A stretch of DNA of 40,675 nt from Chiloscyllium plagiosum. Taxonomy: Eukaryota. Made by a program: the position numbers and the translations under genes. The stretch covers positions 22,161,714 through 22,202,388 of the forward strand of contig NC_057718.1 of NCBI RefSeq assembly GCF_004010195.1, written 5' to 3'. This document shows positions 1 through 10,303 of this stretch, piece by piece (the first letter of the stretch is position 1; every line of letters starts with the position of its first letter). The notes beneath the pieces were generated by a model. The model was not told the DNA's origin. It was given only the letters and a program-made list of their open reading frames with translations, and searched no databases.

Positions 1-367
1 GTCCACTACACCACCAATTTTGATGTCATCTGCAAATTTACTAACTATGCCTCCTATGTTCACATCCAAGTCATTTATATATATGACAAAAAACAGTGCA
101 CCCAGTACCAATTCTTGTGGCACAATGCTGGTCACAGGCCTCCAGTCTGAAAAGCAACCCATCACCATCACCCTTTGTTTTCTACCTTCAAGCCAGTTCT
201 GTATCCAAATGGCTAGTTCTCCCTGTATTCTGTGAGATCTAACCTTGCTAACTTGTCTGCCATGTGGAGCCTTGTCGAATGTTTTGTTGAAGTCCATGTA
301 GACAACATCTACCGCTCTGCCTTTATGAATCCTCTTTGTCACTTCTTCAGAAAACCTAATCAAGTTA
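1..367 (-). mobile_element. CR1/HER1-type LINE ORF2 reverse transcriptase fragment (5'-truncated, runs off the left edge)
   Basis: Minus-strand translation gives NLIRFSEEVTKRIHKGRAVDVVYMDFNKTFDKAPHG ... VIYINDLDVNIGGIVSKFADDIKIGGVVD (CR1 RT motifs including catalytic FADD). Confidence 0.93.
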
Positions 368-740
368 ACAGTTTCTCAAATGATGTTAAGCACTCCCCTA
401 GCCATACTATCTAGGCTTTCGTTTGGAGAAAATCCGTCAGTGGAACGAAGTGCTGAAATCTGGTACAAACTTAAAACCCAATCATCCACAACATTGAATT
501 ATTTCCAGTTTACTTCTCGTACCAGTGCTTCCTTTGCTCTTATTGGCAGCACTGATCCTTGCTATACTATATTCCCTAAGTAGTTTACTTATTTCTTCAA
601 ATTCACTTTTAGAAGTTTTGTCACCCAATCAACCAATTGTAAATTCTTAAGCATAGCTTCCGTTTTTTTCCAAATGGTTCTCCCGAGCATATACCAATAC
701 ATCATTGAGATAAACTACATAATTAGGAACATAATGACTA

Positions 741-970
741 CATGTCAGGAATCCTTTATCCAAAAATCTCAAGACCAGCTGGTTTTTGGATAAAGGATAA
801 TTTTGGTTTTTGGATCCACTTTTGGGCCCACACGGACTCAGCAGCAAAGTTTTTTCCAAAAGAGCCCAAACTCCGTGTGTCGACAGGTCCTTTCGGGTCT
901 GCTTTCAAAACATCTTCAGTTTTTAAGTATTATGGGTTTTCAGACGTGCAGATAATGGCTATCTAACCTG
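741..970. mobile_element. Tigger/pogo-like MITE inserted in the Gypsy RT
   Basis: TA on both sides (739-740, 971-972). Imperfect TIRs: catgtcaggaatcctttatcc vs revcomp caggttagatagccattatct. Perfect internal 16-bp inverted repeat 751-766/783-798. Removing it rejoins Gypsy ...NQV|V..VPNYVVY. Confidence 0.75.
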
Positions 971-1063
971 TACTTGATTTATCGGTCTCTGGAAAGTTGC
1001 TGGAATTTCATTTAACTTGAATGGCATTACTAAGCATTGGAAAAGGCCGTCTAGTATGACAAA

Positions 1064-1288
1064 CATGATGTGGAGGCACCGGTGTTGGACTGGGGTAGAC
1101 AAAGTTAAAAATCATACAACACTAGGTTATAGTCCAACAGATTTATTTTGAAGCACTAGCTTTCGGAGCACTGCTCCTTCATAAAGTAGCTCCTTCACAG
1201 CTACCTGATGAAGGAGTAGTGCTCCAAAAGCTAGTGCTTCCAAATAAATCTGTTGGACTATAACCTGATGTTGTGTGATTTTTAACTT
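1064..1288. mobile_element. Penelope-derived fold-back (inverted terminal repeat) element, family 2
   Basis: Arms ~1102-1181 and ~1209-1288 are inverted copies (aagttaaaaatca.acaac..ggttatagtccaacag). 11-bp TSD agtatgacaaa/agtataacaaa (1053-1063, 1289-1299). Hammerhead-like ctgatga core at 1205-1211. Confidence 0.85.
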
Positions 1289-1792
1289 AGTATAACAAAG
1301 GCCGCTATTCCTTTAGCTCTGAGTATTAAAATAACTTGCCAGTATCCCTTTAATAAATCAATTTTGGTAAGAAATCTGACATTGCTAGCCCATTGCTGTC
1401 TTCTAAGTGTGGATTTGGGTAGAAATCTGCCTTTGTTACTGCATTAACCTTTCCATAGTTGATGCAGGGCCCAATTGGACCATCAAGGCCGAGGCATTGG
1501 CATTACTGGAGAACCCAAGCTGCTTTTCTGGGTTTGATTAGGCAGTTTTCTAAAGTGTATTGGATTTCTGCTTTCACCTTGGGCTGTTTCTCTGGATCTA
1601 AATGATAAGGGCTCTGTTTAATAGAAAAGGATTCTTCTATATCTGCACTATGTATGGGTAAGAATACATTTCTATGTCTATACCATATATATCTGGTTTA
1701 TTGTTACAGATTCTTTTGCATTTGGTGAATAACCTTGTTAAGTATTATATTTCTTTTGCCTCTCGGTATGAAAGCATGGTGTTTAACCTCTA

Positions 1793-2413
1793 AAAGGTAA
1801 AAACAATGACTGCAGATGCTGGAAACCAGATTCTGGATTAGAGGTGCTGGAAAAGCACAGCAGTTGAGGCAGCATCTGAGGAGCAGTAAAATCAACGTTT
1901 CAGGCAAAAGCTCTTCATCAGGAATACAGGCAGAGTGCCTGAAGGGTGGAGAGATAAATGAGAGGAGGGTGGGGTGAGAATGAAGGTGATAGGCAGGTAG
2001 GACAAGTCGTGGGGATAGTGCTGAGCTGTAAGTTTAGAACTAGGGTGAGGTGGGGGAAGGGGAAATGAGGAAACTGTTGAAGTCCACATTGATGCCCTGG
2101 GATTGAAGTGTTCTGAGGTGGAAGATGAGGCGTTCTTCCTCCAGGCGTCGGGTGGTGAGGGAGCGGCGGTGAAGGAGGCCCAGGACCTCCATGTCCTCGG
2201 CAGAGTGGGAGGGGGAGTTGAAATGTTGGGCCACAGGGCGGTGTGGTTAATTGGTGCAGGTGTCCCGGAGATGTTCCCTAAAGCGCTCTGCTAGGAGGCG
2301 CCCAGCCTCTCCAATGTAGAGGAGACCACCGCGGGAGCAACGGATACAATAAATGATATTAGTGGATGTGCAAGTAAAACTTTGATGGATGTGGAAGGCT
2401 CCTTTAGGGCCTT
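1793..2413 (-). mobile_element. Penelope-like element (family 1) 3' part: GIY-YIG endonuclease plus terminal repeat
   Basis: Minus translation GPKGAFHIHQSFTCTSTNIIYCIRCSRGGLLYIGEAGRLLAERFREH...VAQHFNSPSHS...RRLEEERLIF, a GIY-YIG signature of Penelope elements. Confidence 0.92.
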
Positions 2414-2690
2414 ACCTCCTCCCTCACATCCAGCCAAGGCCCTAAAGGAGCCTACCACATCCATCAAAGTTTTACCTGCAAATCCACTAATATCATTTAT
2501 TGTATCCGTTGCTCATGATGCAGTCTCCTCTACATTGGGGAGACTGGACGCCTCCTAGCAGAGCGCTTTAGGGAACACCTCCGAGACACCCGCACCAATC
2601 AACCAAACCGCCCCGTGGCCCAACATTTCAACCCCCCCTCCCACTCTGCCGAGGATATGGAGGTGCTGGGCCACCTCCACCGCCGCTCCC

Positions 2691-3442
2691 NNNNNNNNNN
2701 NNNNNNNNNNNNNNNNNNNNNNNNNNNNNNNNNNNNNNNNNNNNNNNNNNNNNNNNNNNNNNNNNNNNNNNNNNNNNNNNNNNNNNNNNNNNNNNNNNNN
2801 NNNNNNNNNNNNNNNNNNNNNNNNNNNNNNNNNNNNNNNNNNNNNNNNNNNNNNNNNNNNNNNNNNNNNNNNNNNNNNNNNNNNNNNNNNNNNNNNNNNN
2901 NNNNNNNNNNNNNNNNNNNNNNNNNNNNNNNNNNNNNNNNNNNNNNNNNNNNNNNNNNNNNNNNNNNNNNNNNNNNNNNNNNNNNNNNNNNNNNNNNNNN
3001 NNNNNNNNNNNNNNNNNNNNNNNNNNNNNNNNNNNNNNNNNNNNNNNNNNNNNNNNNNNNNNNNNNNNNNNNNNNNNNNNNNNNNNNNNNNNNNNNNNNN
3101 NNNNNNNNNNNNNNNNNNNNNNNNNNNNNNNNNNNNNNNNNNNNNNNNNNNNNNNNNNNNNNNNNNNNNNNNNNNNNNNNNNNNNNNNNNNNNNNNNNNN
3201 NNNNNNNNNNNNNNNNNNNNNNNNNNNNNNNNNNNNNNNNNNNNNNNNNNNNNNNNNNNNNNNNNNNNNNNNNNNNNNNNNNNNNNNNNNNNNNNNNNNN
3301 NNNNNNNNNNNNNNNNNNNNNNNNNNNNNNNNNNNNNNNNNNNNNNNNNNNNNNNNNNNNNNNNNNNNNNNNNNNNNNNNNNNNNNNNNNNNNNNNNNNN
3401 NNNNNNNNNNNNNNNNNNNNNNNNNNNNNNNNNNNNNNNNNN
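2691..3442. other. Assembly gap (752 N)
   Basis: Run of n characters. Confidence 1.
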
Positions 3443-3467
3443 CCCTTCAGGCTCTCTGCCTTTATTC

Positions 3468-3495
3468 CTGATGATGGGCTTTTGCCTGAAACGTC
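3468..3495 (+). ncRNA. Minimal type-I hammerhead ribozyme core in the Penelope terminal repeat
   Basis: CTGATGA-t-gggc-tttt-gcct-GAAA-cGTC: intact catalytic boxes, stem II with one G-U pair, ACGT palindrome replacing stem III. Confidence 0.65.
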
Positions 3496-3569
3496 GATTT
3501 TACTGCTCCTCGGATGCTGCCTGAACTGCTGTGCTTTTCCAGCACCTCTAATCCATCTCTTTCTTGACA

Positions 3570-3975
3570 GTATTTGATGTCTGGGCCTCCAACTTGTTTT
3601 GTGGCAGAGGATTTCACAGGTTCACTAACCTTTGAGTGAAGCAAGTTTCTCTCATCTTGATCGTAAATGGTCGACCTTATATCCTGAGACTGTGACTATT
3701 GGTTCTGGACTTCTCAACCATGGAAAACATCCTCTCTGTATATAGTCTGCCCAGCACTGTTAGAACTTTACAGGTTTCAGTCAGATCCCCCTCATCCTTC
3801 TACACTCTAGTAAATACAGACCCAGTCAAAGCAATCTGTCCTTATAGGACAGACCTGTCATCCCCAGTATCAGCCCAGTGAGTCTCTGCTACACTCCTTC
3901 TGTGGCACGTTTATCCCTTCTTCGGTAAAGAGACTAAAACTGCATGCAGTCCTCCAGGTGTAGTCTCACCAAGGC
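3570..3975 (-). mobile_element. Old CR1 LINE, ORF2 C-terminal fragment
   Basis: Minus translation ALVRLHLEDCMQF...GMTGLSYKDRL..LGLY.LE.RRMRGDL. Confidence 0.85.
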
Positions 3976-4530
3976 ACATGTGTGAGTTTTTGTAACATTG
4001 CAAGTTTAATGGTATCTCCCACTGACACCAGCTCTCTATTTCAGGTTTTATTTAATCAATCACATTTAAATTGGACTGATTGATGTCTTTTCTGATGCTT
4101 TTGCAGTACCCATGACAGAATTAATTAGTGTCAGTAGGCACTACAGTTCATGAAGAGGAAATCTTTTCCTCGTATTGTGTGAATTAAAAAGAATGAGAAA
4201 ATAAGACCTAGACAATAATGTTGACATAAAGGATAATAACCTTTAAACATTACTTTGTCTTCCAGCTGTGGAGGAATACTTTGAATCACACAAAGATTGA
4301 GAAAAAAATTAGCAGTGATCTCATCAGGTGAATTTAACATGTTTGGGAATGCTAACCTTTTGAAAAGTTTATCTAACACCATTCTGACTGTTTTCAAGCT
4401 TCTGAGGTGGCTCCTGCTGTGTAAGTTTGCAACAGATGGTGACATTCAGAAAAAAAAAAGTATCTGAGAATGTTTCACAAGCTTATTGTGGGCACTCTTG
4501 TGGTAAAATTCTGTGAATTGCTTTCTCAGT

Positions 4531-5156
4531 TGGACAAAGTTAAAAATCACACAACATCAGGTTATAGTCCAACAGGTTTATTTGGAAGTGGAGGCTTTGG
4601 AGTGCTGCTCCTTCATCGGCAGCTAGTGAGGTAGGCTCATTGGACACAGAATTTATAGTAAAAGATCAAAATGTCTTACAACTGATGCGATGTATTGAAC
4701 AAACCTAGATCGCTATTAAGTCTTTAATCACTTAGAATGGGGTTGCAGGTTTTGATTTATTAATATGTAACTCCCAGAACTACTTTCAGGTCACATTCCT
4801 GAGAAAACTTAAGGTTTTATTCAAAAACAGTGACATCTCAGCACAGATAATGGCACAGGCCGAAGGGCCTGTTTCCACACTGAAGGGAATCTAACCTAAA
4901 AGGTGTGAGGTTAGAGTCTGTCTGTATCCCAACCTTGAGCCAGAGCCAGACTAGTTCTATTTCCAAAGTGAGTGTGTGTGTGTGTGTTGGAATATATGCC
5001 TGTGAGAGAGTGTGTGAGTGTGACTGTGGATATGTGTGTGTCTGAGAGAGTGTGTGTATGAGAGAAGGTTTGTGAGAGTGTGTGAGTGCGATCGTGCTTA
5101 AGAGTGTCTGTGTATGTGTGTGCTTGTATAGTGTAGCGGGGTCACCTTCAGTGTGA
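4531..5156 (-). mobile_element. Penelope family-2 3' region with (TG)n-rich tract; short HE1 tail inserted at ~4857-4898
   Basis: Same terminal motif as 1102 and 26157 (aagttaaaaatcacacaac..ggttatagtccaacagg). Colinear with 26157-26900. TG/AG-rich tract 4968-5130. Confidence 0.8.
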
Positions 5157-5377
5157 TCTATCCTTCACATCATTTCTCAATTGGAACAGACAATCAAGGA
5201 TGCAATGTGGTATTCCTGTCTGTTTCAAAGCACAGTCTTGGTGAGTTCAGGAAACAATCTACATTCACTACACAGCAGAGAGTTGGATGATGGAAGGTCA
5301 AACTGTGGCTAGAAATTTGTAAACTCCTCAGTCACAAGTTTGTTCGATGTCGGGCATTTAATCACATGGGAGGGTGA

Positions 5378-5508
5378 CAGCTAAGGAAGGGTCACTGGAC
5401 TGGAAATGTGAACTCTATTGAAGATGTTGCTAAAATGACTGAGCTTTCTCAACAATTTCTGTTTATGTTTGTTTTGGAGCTCCAGCATCCGCAGTTCTTT
5501 GTTTTATC
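5378..5508 (+). mobile_element. Short Penelope-derived terminal fragment
   Basis: Degenerate ctaagga.gggtc..gac.ggaaa core and ccagcatccgcagttctttgtttt end, similar to the other PLE termini. Confidence 0.55.
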
Positions 5509-5532
5509 TTTCTGTATCTTGTTGGTTCATTC

Positions 5533-5815
5533 ACCAACTGCTGCAGCCCTGGTCTCGCAGCTAGGTCCGTTAGGAATGAACTAGTATTAGGGTTATTGAA
5601 CTATTATTGGTGATGGATGTTGAAGTCCCCAGTCAAAGTACATTCTGCATGCTTGGTACCTCCAGTGCTTTCTGCAAGTGTTGTTCAACATGGAGAAGCA
5701 CTGATTCACTCTGAGAGAATGGGGATTCAGGCCTTTTCACCATTTAACCTGATGCTATTTCATGAATTCAAGGGCAACTCTCTCCTGACATTGCACCGGT
5801 GCCCCTACTGGGCCA
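5533..5815 (-). mobile_element. Non-LTR retrotransposon AP-endonuclease fragment
   Basis: Minus translation ESVLLHVEQHLQKALEV..QNVL*LGDFNIHHQ (GDFN endonuclease motif). Confidence 0.7.
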
Positions 5816-5819
5816 GTAT

Positions 5820-5911
5820 AGGTGGGTCTGGGTGAGATGCTCCTCAGGGGGTCTGTGTGAACTCAATAGGGTAAATGGTTTGATTCCACACTGTAGGTTG
5901 TCTATGATTCT
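5820..5911 (+). mobile_element. HE1-type SINE 3' fragment
   Basis: gggtctgggtg...ttccacactgtagg..tctatgattcta resembles the HE1 3' ends elsewhere in the window. Confidence 0.65.
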
Positions 5912-5949
5912 AAGTCTGGTTTGCCTGTCACACTTGGTTGCTGTTCTTC

Positions 5950-7295
5950 ATCGGTATCTAGTCAAGCAAAACCACAATTTTCAAATGCTGATCCTTGCCT
6001 TAGACTGACCTTGTTCCTCCCTATCTCTGTAGACTTTTCCAGCACCACAAACATCTGACCTAATAGCATTCCTTTAATTCTGGGGAGTCATACATCTCCG
6101 ATTTTAGTCACTGTGCTATTGTTGGCCTCACCTTCAGTTATCTCCACCTCAATGGCTGGAACACTGTCCCTGCATTTCTTCCTCTCTTTCATCCTTTAGT
6201 ATTTCTTAAAGTCGACTTCTTTCACCAAGCTTTTGGTTTTCTGACCTAATAGCTTCTTATGTTGCTCAATGTCATATTTTAGAGTCGTACAGTCACAGAG
6301 CTGTACTGCACGGAAACAGACCCTTCGGTCAACTCGTCCACATCGACCAAATATCCAAACCTAGTCTCATTTGCCAGCATTTGGCCCATATCACTGTACA
6401 CCTCTCCTATTCATCTATGCATCCAGATACGTTTTAAGTATTGTAATTGTATCAGCTTTCACTGCTTCCTCTGGCACCACCCTCTGCGTGAAAACATTCC
6501 CCCTAGATCCCTTTAAATCTTTCTCCTCTCACCTTAAACCCATGTCCTCTAGTTTTGGATTCTCCAACCATGGAGAAAAGACCTTTCCTGTTCACTCTAT
6601 CCAGGCCCCTCATGATATCAATCTCTCTAAGGTCAGCCCTCGGCCTCTGACTCTCCAGGGAAAATAACCCCAGCCTATTCTGCCTCTCCCTATTAGTTCA
6701 AACGCTCCAACCTCGGCAACATCCTTGTAAATCTTCTCTGCACTCACTCAAATTTCACATCCTTCCTATAGAGGAGACCGGAATTGCACGTCAGTATTCC
6801 ATAAATGGCCTAACCTGCACCCAAGTTATCTTCATTCAGCGACAGTCCCCGGACCTTACCATTGAGTGTATAAGTCCTGCCCTGATTTGCCTTGTGCAGC
6901 ACCTTACATTCATCCAAATTAAATTCCAAGTGCTATTCCTCAGCCCATCGACCCATCTGATCAAGGTCCTGTTGTACTCTGAGCTAACCTTCTTGGCTGT
7001 CGACTGCACCTCCAAGTTTGGTGTCACCTGCAAACTTACTAACCATACCTCCTATATTCATATCCAAAGCATTTATATAAATGACAAAAAGCAGTGGACT
7101 CAGCACCAATCCTTGTGACACAGCGCTGGTCATAGGCCTTCAGTTTGAAAAGCAACCCTCCACCACCATCCTCTGTATACTACCTTCGAGCCAGTTCTGT
7201 ATTCAAATGGCTAATCTCTCTGTATTTTGTTTTTAAATGTTCCTGGGAAGCATCTTTAGACATCTTATTGTAAGAAAGATGCTATATAAATGCAA
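5950..7295 (+). mobile_element. L2-type LINE 3' end (5950-6280 plus 7223-7295), interrupted by a CR1
   Basis: ccaagcttttggt..ctgacctaat...atgttgctcaatgtca continues after the insertion with ttcctgggaagcat...gatgctatataaatgcaa, the typical L2 3' terminus. Confidence 0.7.
6281..7222 (-). mobile_element. CR1/HER1-type LINE, 5'-truncated (RT C-terminus plus 3' UTR)
   Basis: Tail acggaaacagacccttcgg at left. Minus translation FVIYINALDMNIGGMVSKFAGDTKLGG. Candidate TSD tatttt (6275-6280, 7223-7228). Confidence 0.92.
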
Positions 7296-7614
7296 TAATA
7301 TTTATTTTAAATGTTTTGTACTTGATATGGAATTGATGAAGACTTACATAACATTTACCAGGCTAATAGATTAAAACTATTTATGATTCCAGTTATATAA
7401 TGACAGAATATACTGTTCTCATATTATCAATGAAGTTTTGGTGTCCTGACCAATATTTATCTGTCAAGCCACATTGCAAAAATGGTCTAATCGGTCATGA
7501 TCATGTTGTTGTCTTTGGGAAATTGCTGTGGACACATTGTTTGCCATGCTAATTAAAAATGTTTTACATACGCTTGGGCATTGAGGAGGAAGCATAGTTG
7601 TGGTCATTACTACA

Positions 7615-8082
7615 TTTCTGTTCGATGTAGGGAGATGCAAAGTGCTGATATTTGGGAGAGAAGTATGCAGTGAGCTGGGTAACATTGGAGTTTGGAAGAA
7701 CAAGGCATTATTTGATTGAAGTTTGTTATTTTTTGCATGGTCTTAAGAAGGTGAACATGGAAAAGATGTCTCCTTTTGTGAGCGAGTCTGGAACCAGGGA
7801 CTCTTTAACAATTAGAGGTTTCCCTTTGAGTGCAGAGATGAGGGGAAATGTTTTCTCTCAGAGCATTGTGCAACTTTGAAACTTACTGCCTCAGAAAGTG
7901 GTGGAGGCAGGGACGCTGATTAATTTTAAGATGAAAAATTCTTGTTAGGTATGGGAATGAAAGACTATTGGAGTTCAGTAGAAAAACAAACACACACAGA
8001 TCAGCCAATATCTTACAGAATGGTGCAGCAGGCTTGAAACATTGAGTGGCCTACTCTGCTCCTAATTTGTAGGTTTGTATGT
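7615..8082 (+). mobile_element. Old CR1 LINE 3' end
   Basis: EMRGNVFSQSIVQL*NLLPQKVVEAG and 3' UTR gatcagcca..gaatggtgcagcaggcttga..tggcctactctgctcc. Confidence 0.82.
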
Positions 8083-8626
8083 GATATTTCTATTCATTGG
8101 GGATTCTGGGGCAGAATCCAAAATATCTTCAAATAGCAGGATTGGAGTAGGGTGAGGGGGTGATAGAGATTTGTATGTGGACCAAGCTTGCTTCTGTTGT
8201 GGTCACCATGATGTGCCTTGTTATTTTTTGATGGTGGTGCTCTTTGTGTGATAACAACTGAGGGAACTTAGTTCACTCCCCTTAACCCATAGCTATCATG
8301 GACTTGAAAGGTCAAATGGCCTCTTGGTTTGTTCAAATCGTAGAATTGTTACATTACGGAAAGTGACTGAAGTGCCACCCAGTGGACAAACTATGACATG
8401 TCATGGAAGCGACTTGAGATTAGCTGATCAATGGTACAGAAATGCTGAATGATGTGCCTTTTACATTACAAAGATTGGAGAATGGCATTAGAATATTGTG
8501 ACCAGGCATTATTTTTATTATATAATGAAAAGCTTTATCAGAAGAATGCTGAAAGTAGGCCTTTCTACTTTTTGGGCCAAATGGCCTGTTTCCATATTGT
8601 GGGGAATCTAATCATTCCACAATAAT

Positions 8627-8752
8627 ATAAAACAAAGAACTTGGGATGCTGAAAATCTGAAACAGATATAGCAATTGCTGGAGAAATTCCAGTAGCATCT
8701 CTGGAGAGAAAAGCAGAGTTAATATTTCAAATCCAGTGATGCTTCGTCAGAG
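8627..8752 (-). mobile_element. Short Penelope-derived terminal fragment
   Basis: aaaacaaagaac..gatgctg.aaatctgaaaca..attgctggagaaa..cagagttaa.atttc; the reverse of the motif at 5378-5508. Confidence 0.6.
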
Positions 8753-9685
8753 CCCTTCTGCAGTCCTTTGCTTCTGTGAGTAAATACCTTTCGTAAGTAG
8801 GTTTTGGATATTAGTAATATTCAGATCATGTTGCATGTTGATGATTTGGAGTTGGGCTCCCATTATCTCTGCCCATTATTTCTGCCGGATTCCAAAATAG
8901 CTGACGTTTCATTTTTCAGCATCTATGCATGTTGTTTTGGATCACAGGGTGTATCCAAGTGGTTCTTTTGAATTCAGTTCAATATACTTAAGAGAAGACT
9001 CAACAACAGCAACTTGCATAAATGTGGTTGTTCATTAAATAATAATAATGATAATAATAAGAGTAATAAATGGAAAAAGTGAAAAAGCAACGAGTCTCAC
9101 ACCCTTCTGTGCACCGGGGACCCGTTGATCAACGGCTGGTCTGGAAGCTTAGGATTGGTCCTGGCACTGCTCGTGACCTTGGTCCAAGGTGAAATCCAAT
9201 TCTCAGAATGAGACTCTTTCCCTAACAAGCAATGTAACAAGCAGCTAGTACAGAAAAAAACCCAGCTACTGAAAAACAGGCTGCTGATGCTGTCTTCGGC
9301 ATGTAAAGGGATGTTTAAAGACTCATTGAAGATCATGCAGCTATAGAATATCATCATTAACTTTCCCAGCCTGTTTTCCCATCCTGTATACATGACCTGC
9401 TGAGAAGAAACTAAAGAGGTGCACGAAGGAGAAGGGAATAAGAGATCATGCTGTCAGTGATTGATGAAGAGAAATGAAAGGAGGCTTGTGCAGAGCGTTA
9501 ACATTGGCACCAACACTTGGAAAGAATGGCAGCTGGAAATTCCGTGTCATCCATTCAAATTGTGAATGGGTGACTAGGGAAAACAAGGAATACTGGAGCA
9601 CCCAGTCGATCTGGAGGAGAGGCTGGGCAATTTAGCCTTTCAGGTTGATGAGTTTCCATCAGACTTGAGTGACAATACAAAAAAG

Positions 9686-10016
9686 GGAGGTGATGACCTA
9701 GTGGTGTTATGACTAGACTATTAATCCAGAGCTCTAGGTAATGTTCTGGGGACCTGGGGTTGTGTCCTGTCATGGCAGATGGTGGAATTTGAATTCAATA
9801 AAAATCTGGAATGAAAATTTTAATTGTTGGTTGTCAGAGAAAACCCATCTAGTTCACTAATACCCTTTAGAAAAGGAAACTCTTGTGCTTATCCAATCTG
9901 GCCTATATGTGAATCAGATCCACAGCAATGTGGTTGACTCTTAACTGCCCTCCAAGCAAATAGGCGAGGGCATTAAATGCTGGCCTAGTCAGTAATGCTG
10001 ACTCCTCTGAATTAAT
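9686..10016 (+). mobile_element. tRNA-derived SINE (non-HE1 family) with LINE-derived tail
   Basis: A-box-like tgacctagtgg head. Core aaacccatct.gttcact...cagcaatgtggttgactcttaactgccc. Tail aaatgctggcctag. Copies at 10180-10303 and 34096-34434. Confidence 0.85.
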
Positions 10017-10179
10017 TTTGAAAAAAAAGATTATGTATAAACAAAAAAAATCAGGGAAAGAGGGATGAGGAGAAAAAGAAGAGAGGTTTGTTAAGTAGAA
10101 GACTGGAGATGATTAAATAGCAATGAAGACAAAACAATGGAATAATGAAAAAGAATTAGAGAAGCAAGTGATTTATCAG

Positions 10180-10303
10180 AGTTCTAGGGACCTGGGGTTG
10201 AGTCCTGCAGTGGCACATAGTGGAATTTGAATTCGCTAAAACTCTGGAATTAAGAGTCCAATTGTCGATTGTCAGGGAAAACCCATCTGGTTCACTCATG
10301 CCT
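10180..10303 (+). mobile_element. Fragment of the same SINE family as 9686-10016
   Basis: gttct.gggacctggggttg..gtggaatttgaattc..aaaacccatctggttcact is shared. Confidence 0.8.

Larger units (their letters stand above)
368..1790 (-). mobile_element. Degenerate Gypsy/Ty3 LTR-retrotransposon pol (RT domain), split by two younger insertions
   Basis: Manual minus-strand translation across frameshifts: IKQSPYHLDP..VKAEIQYTLEN, CINYGKVNAVTKADFYP, FLTKIDLLKGYWQV, AFVILDGLFQCLVMPFKLNEIPATFQRPINQV, VPNYVVYLNDVLVY (decayed YLDD), SKSEF..VNYLGNIV*QGSVLP, KFVPDFST..PLTDFLQ..IVW..C..SFEKL. These are Gypsy RT motifs in canonical order. Confidence 0.9.
2414..3556 (+). mobile_element. Penelope-like element (family 1), inverted partner of 1793-2413, spanning the assembly gap
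   Basis: 2436-2690 mirrors 2413-2159 (IIYCIRC..LLYIGETGR..ERFREH). 3443-3556 mirrors 1946-1834. Confidence 0.9.

Noticed and set aside
2615..3577. 320-aa ORF in the ORF track
   Set aside because: Artefact of translating through 752 N; both ends are Penelope sequence.
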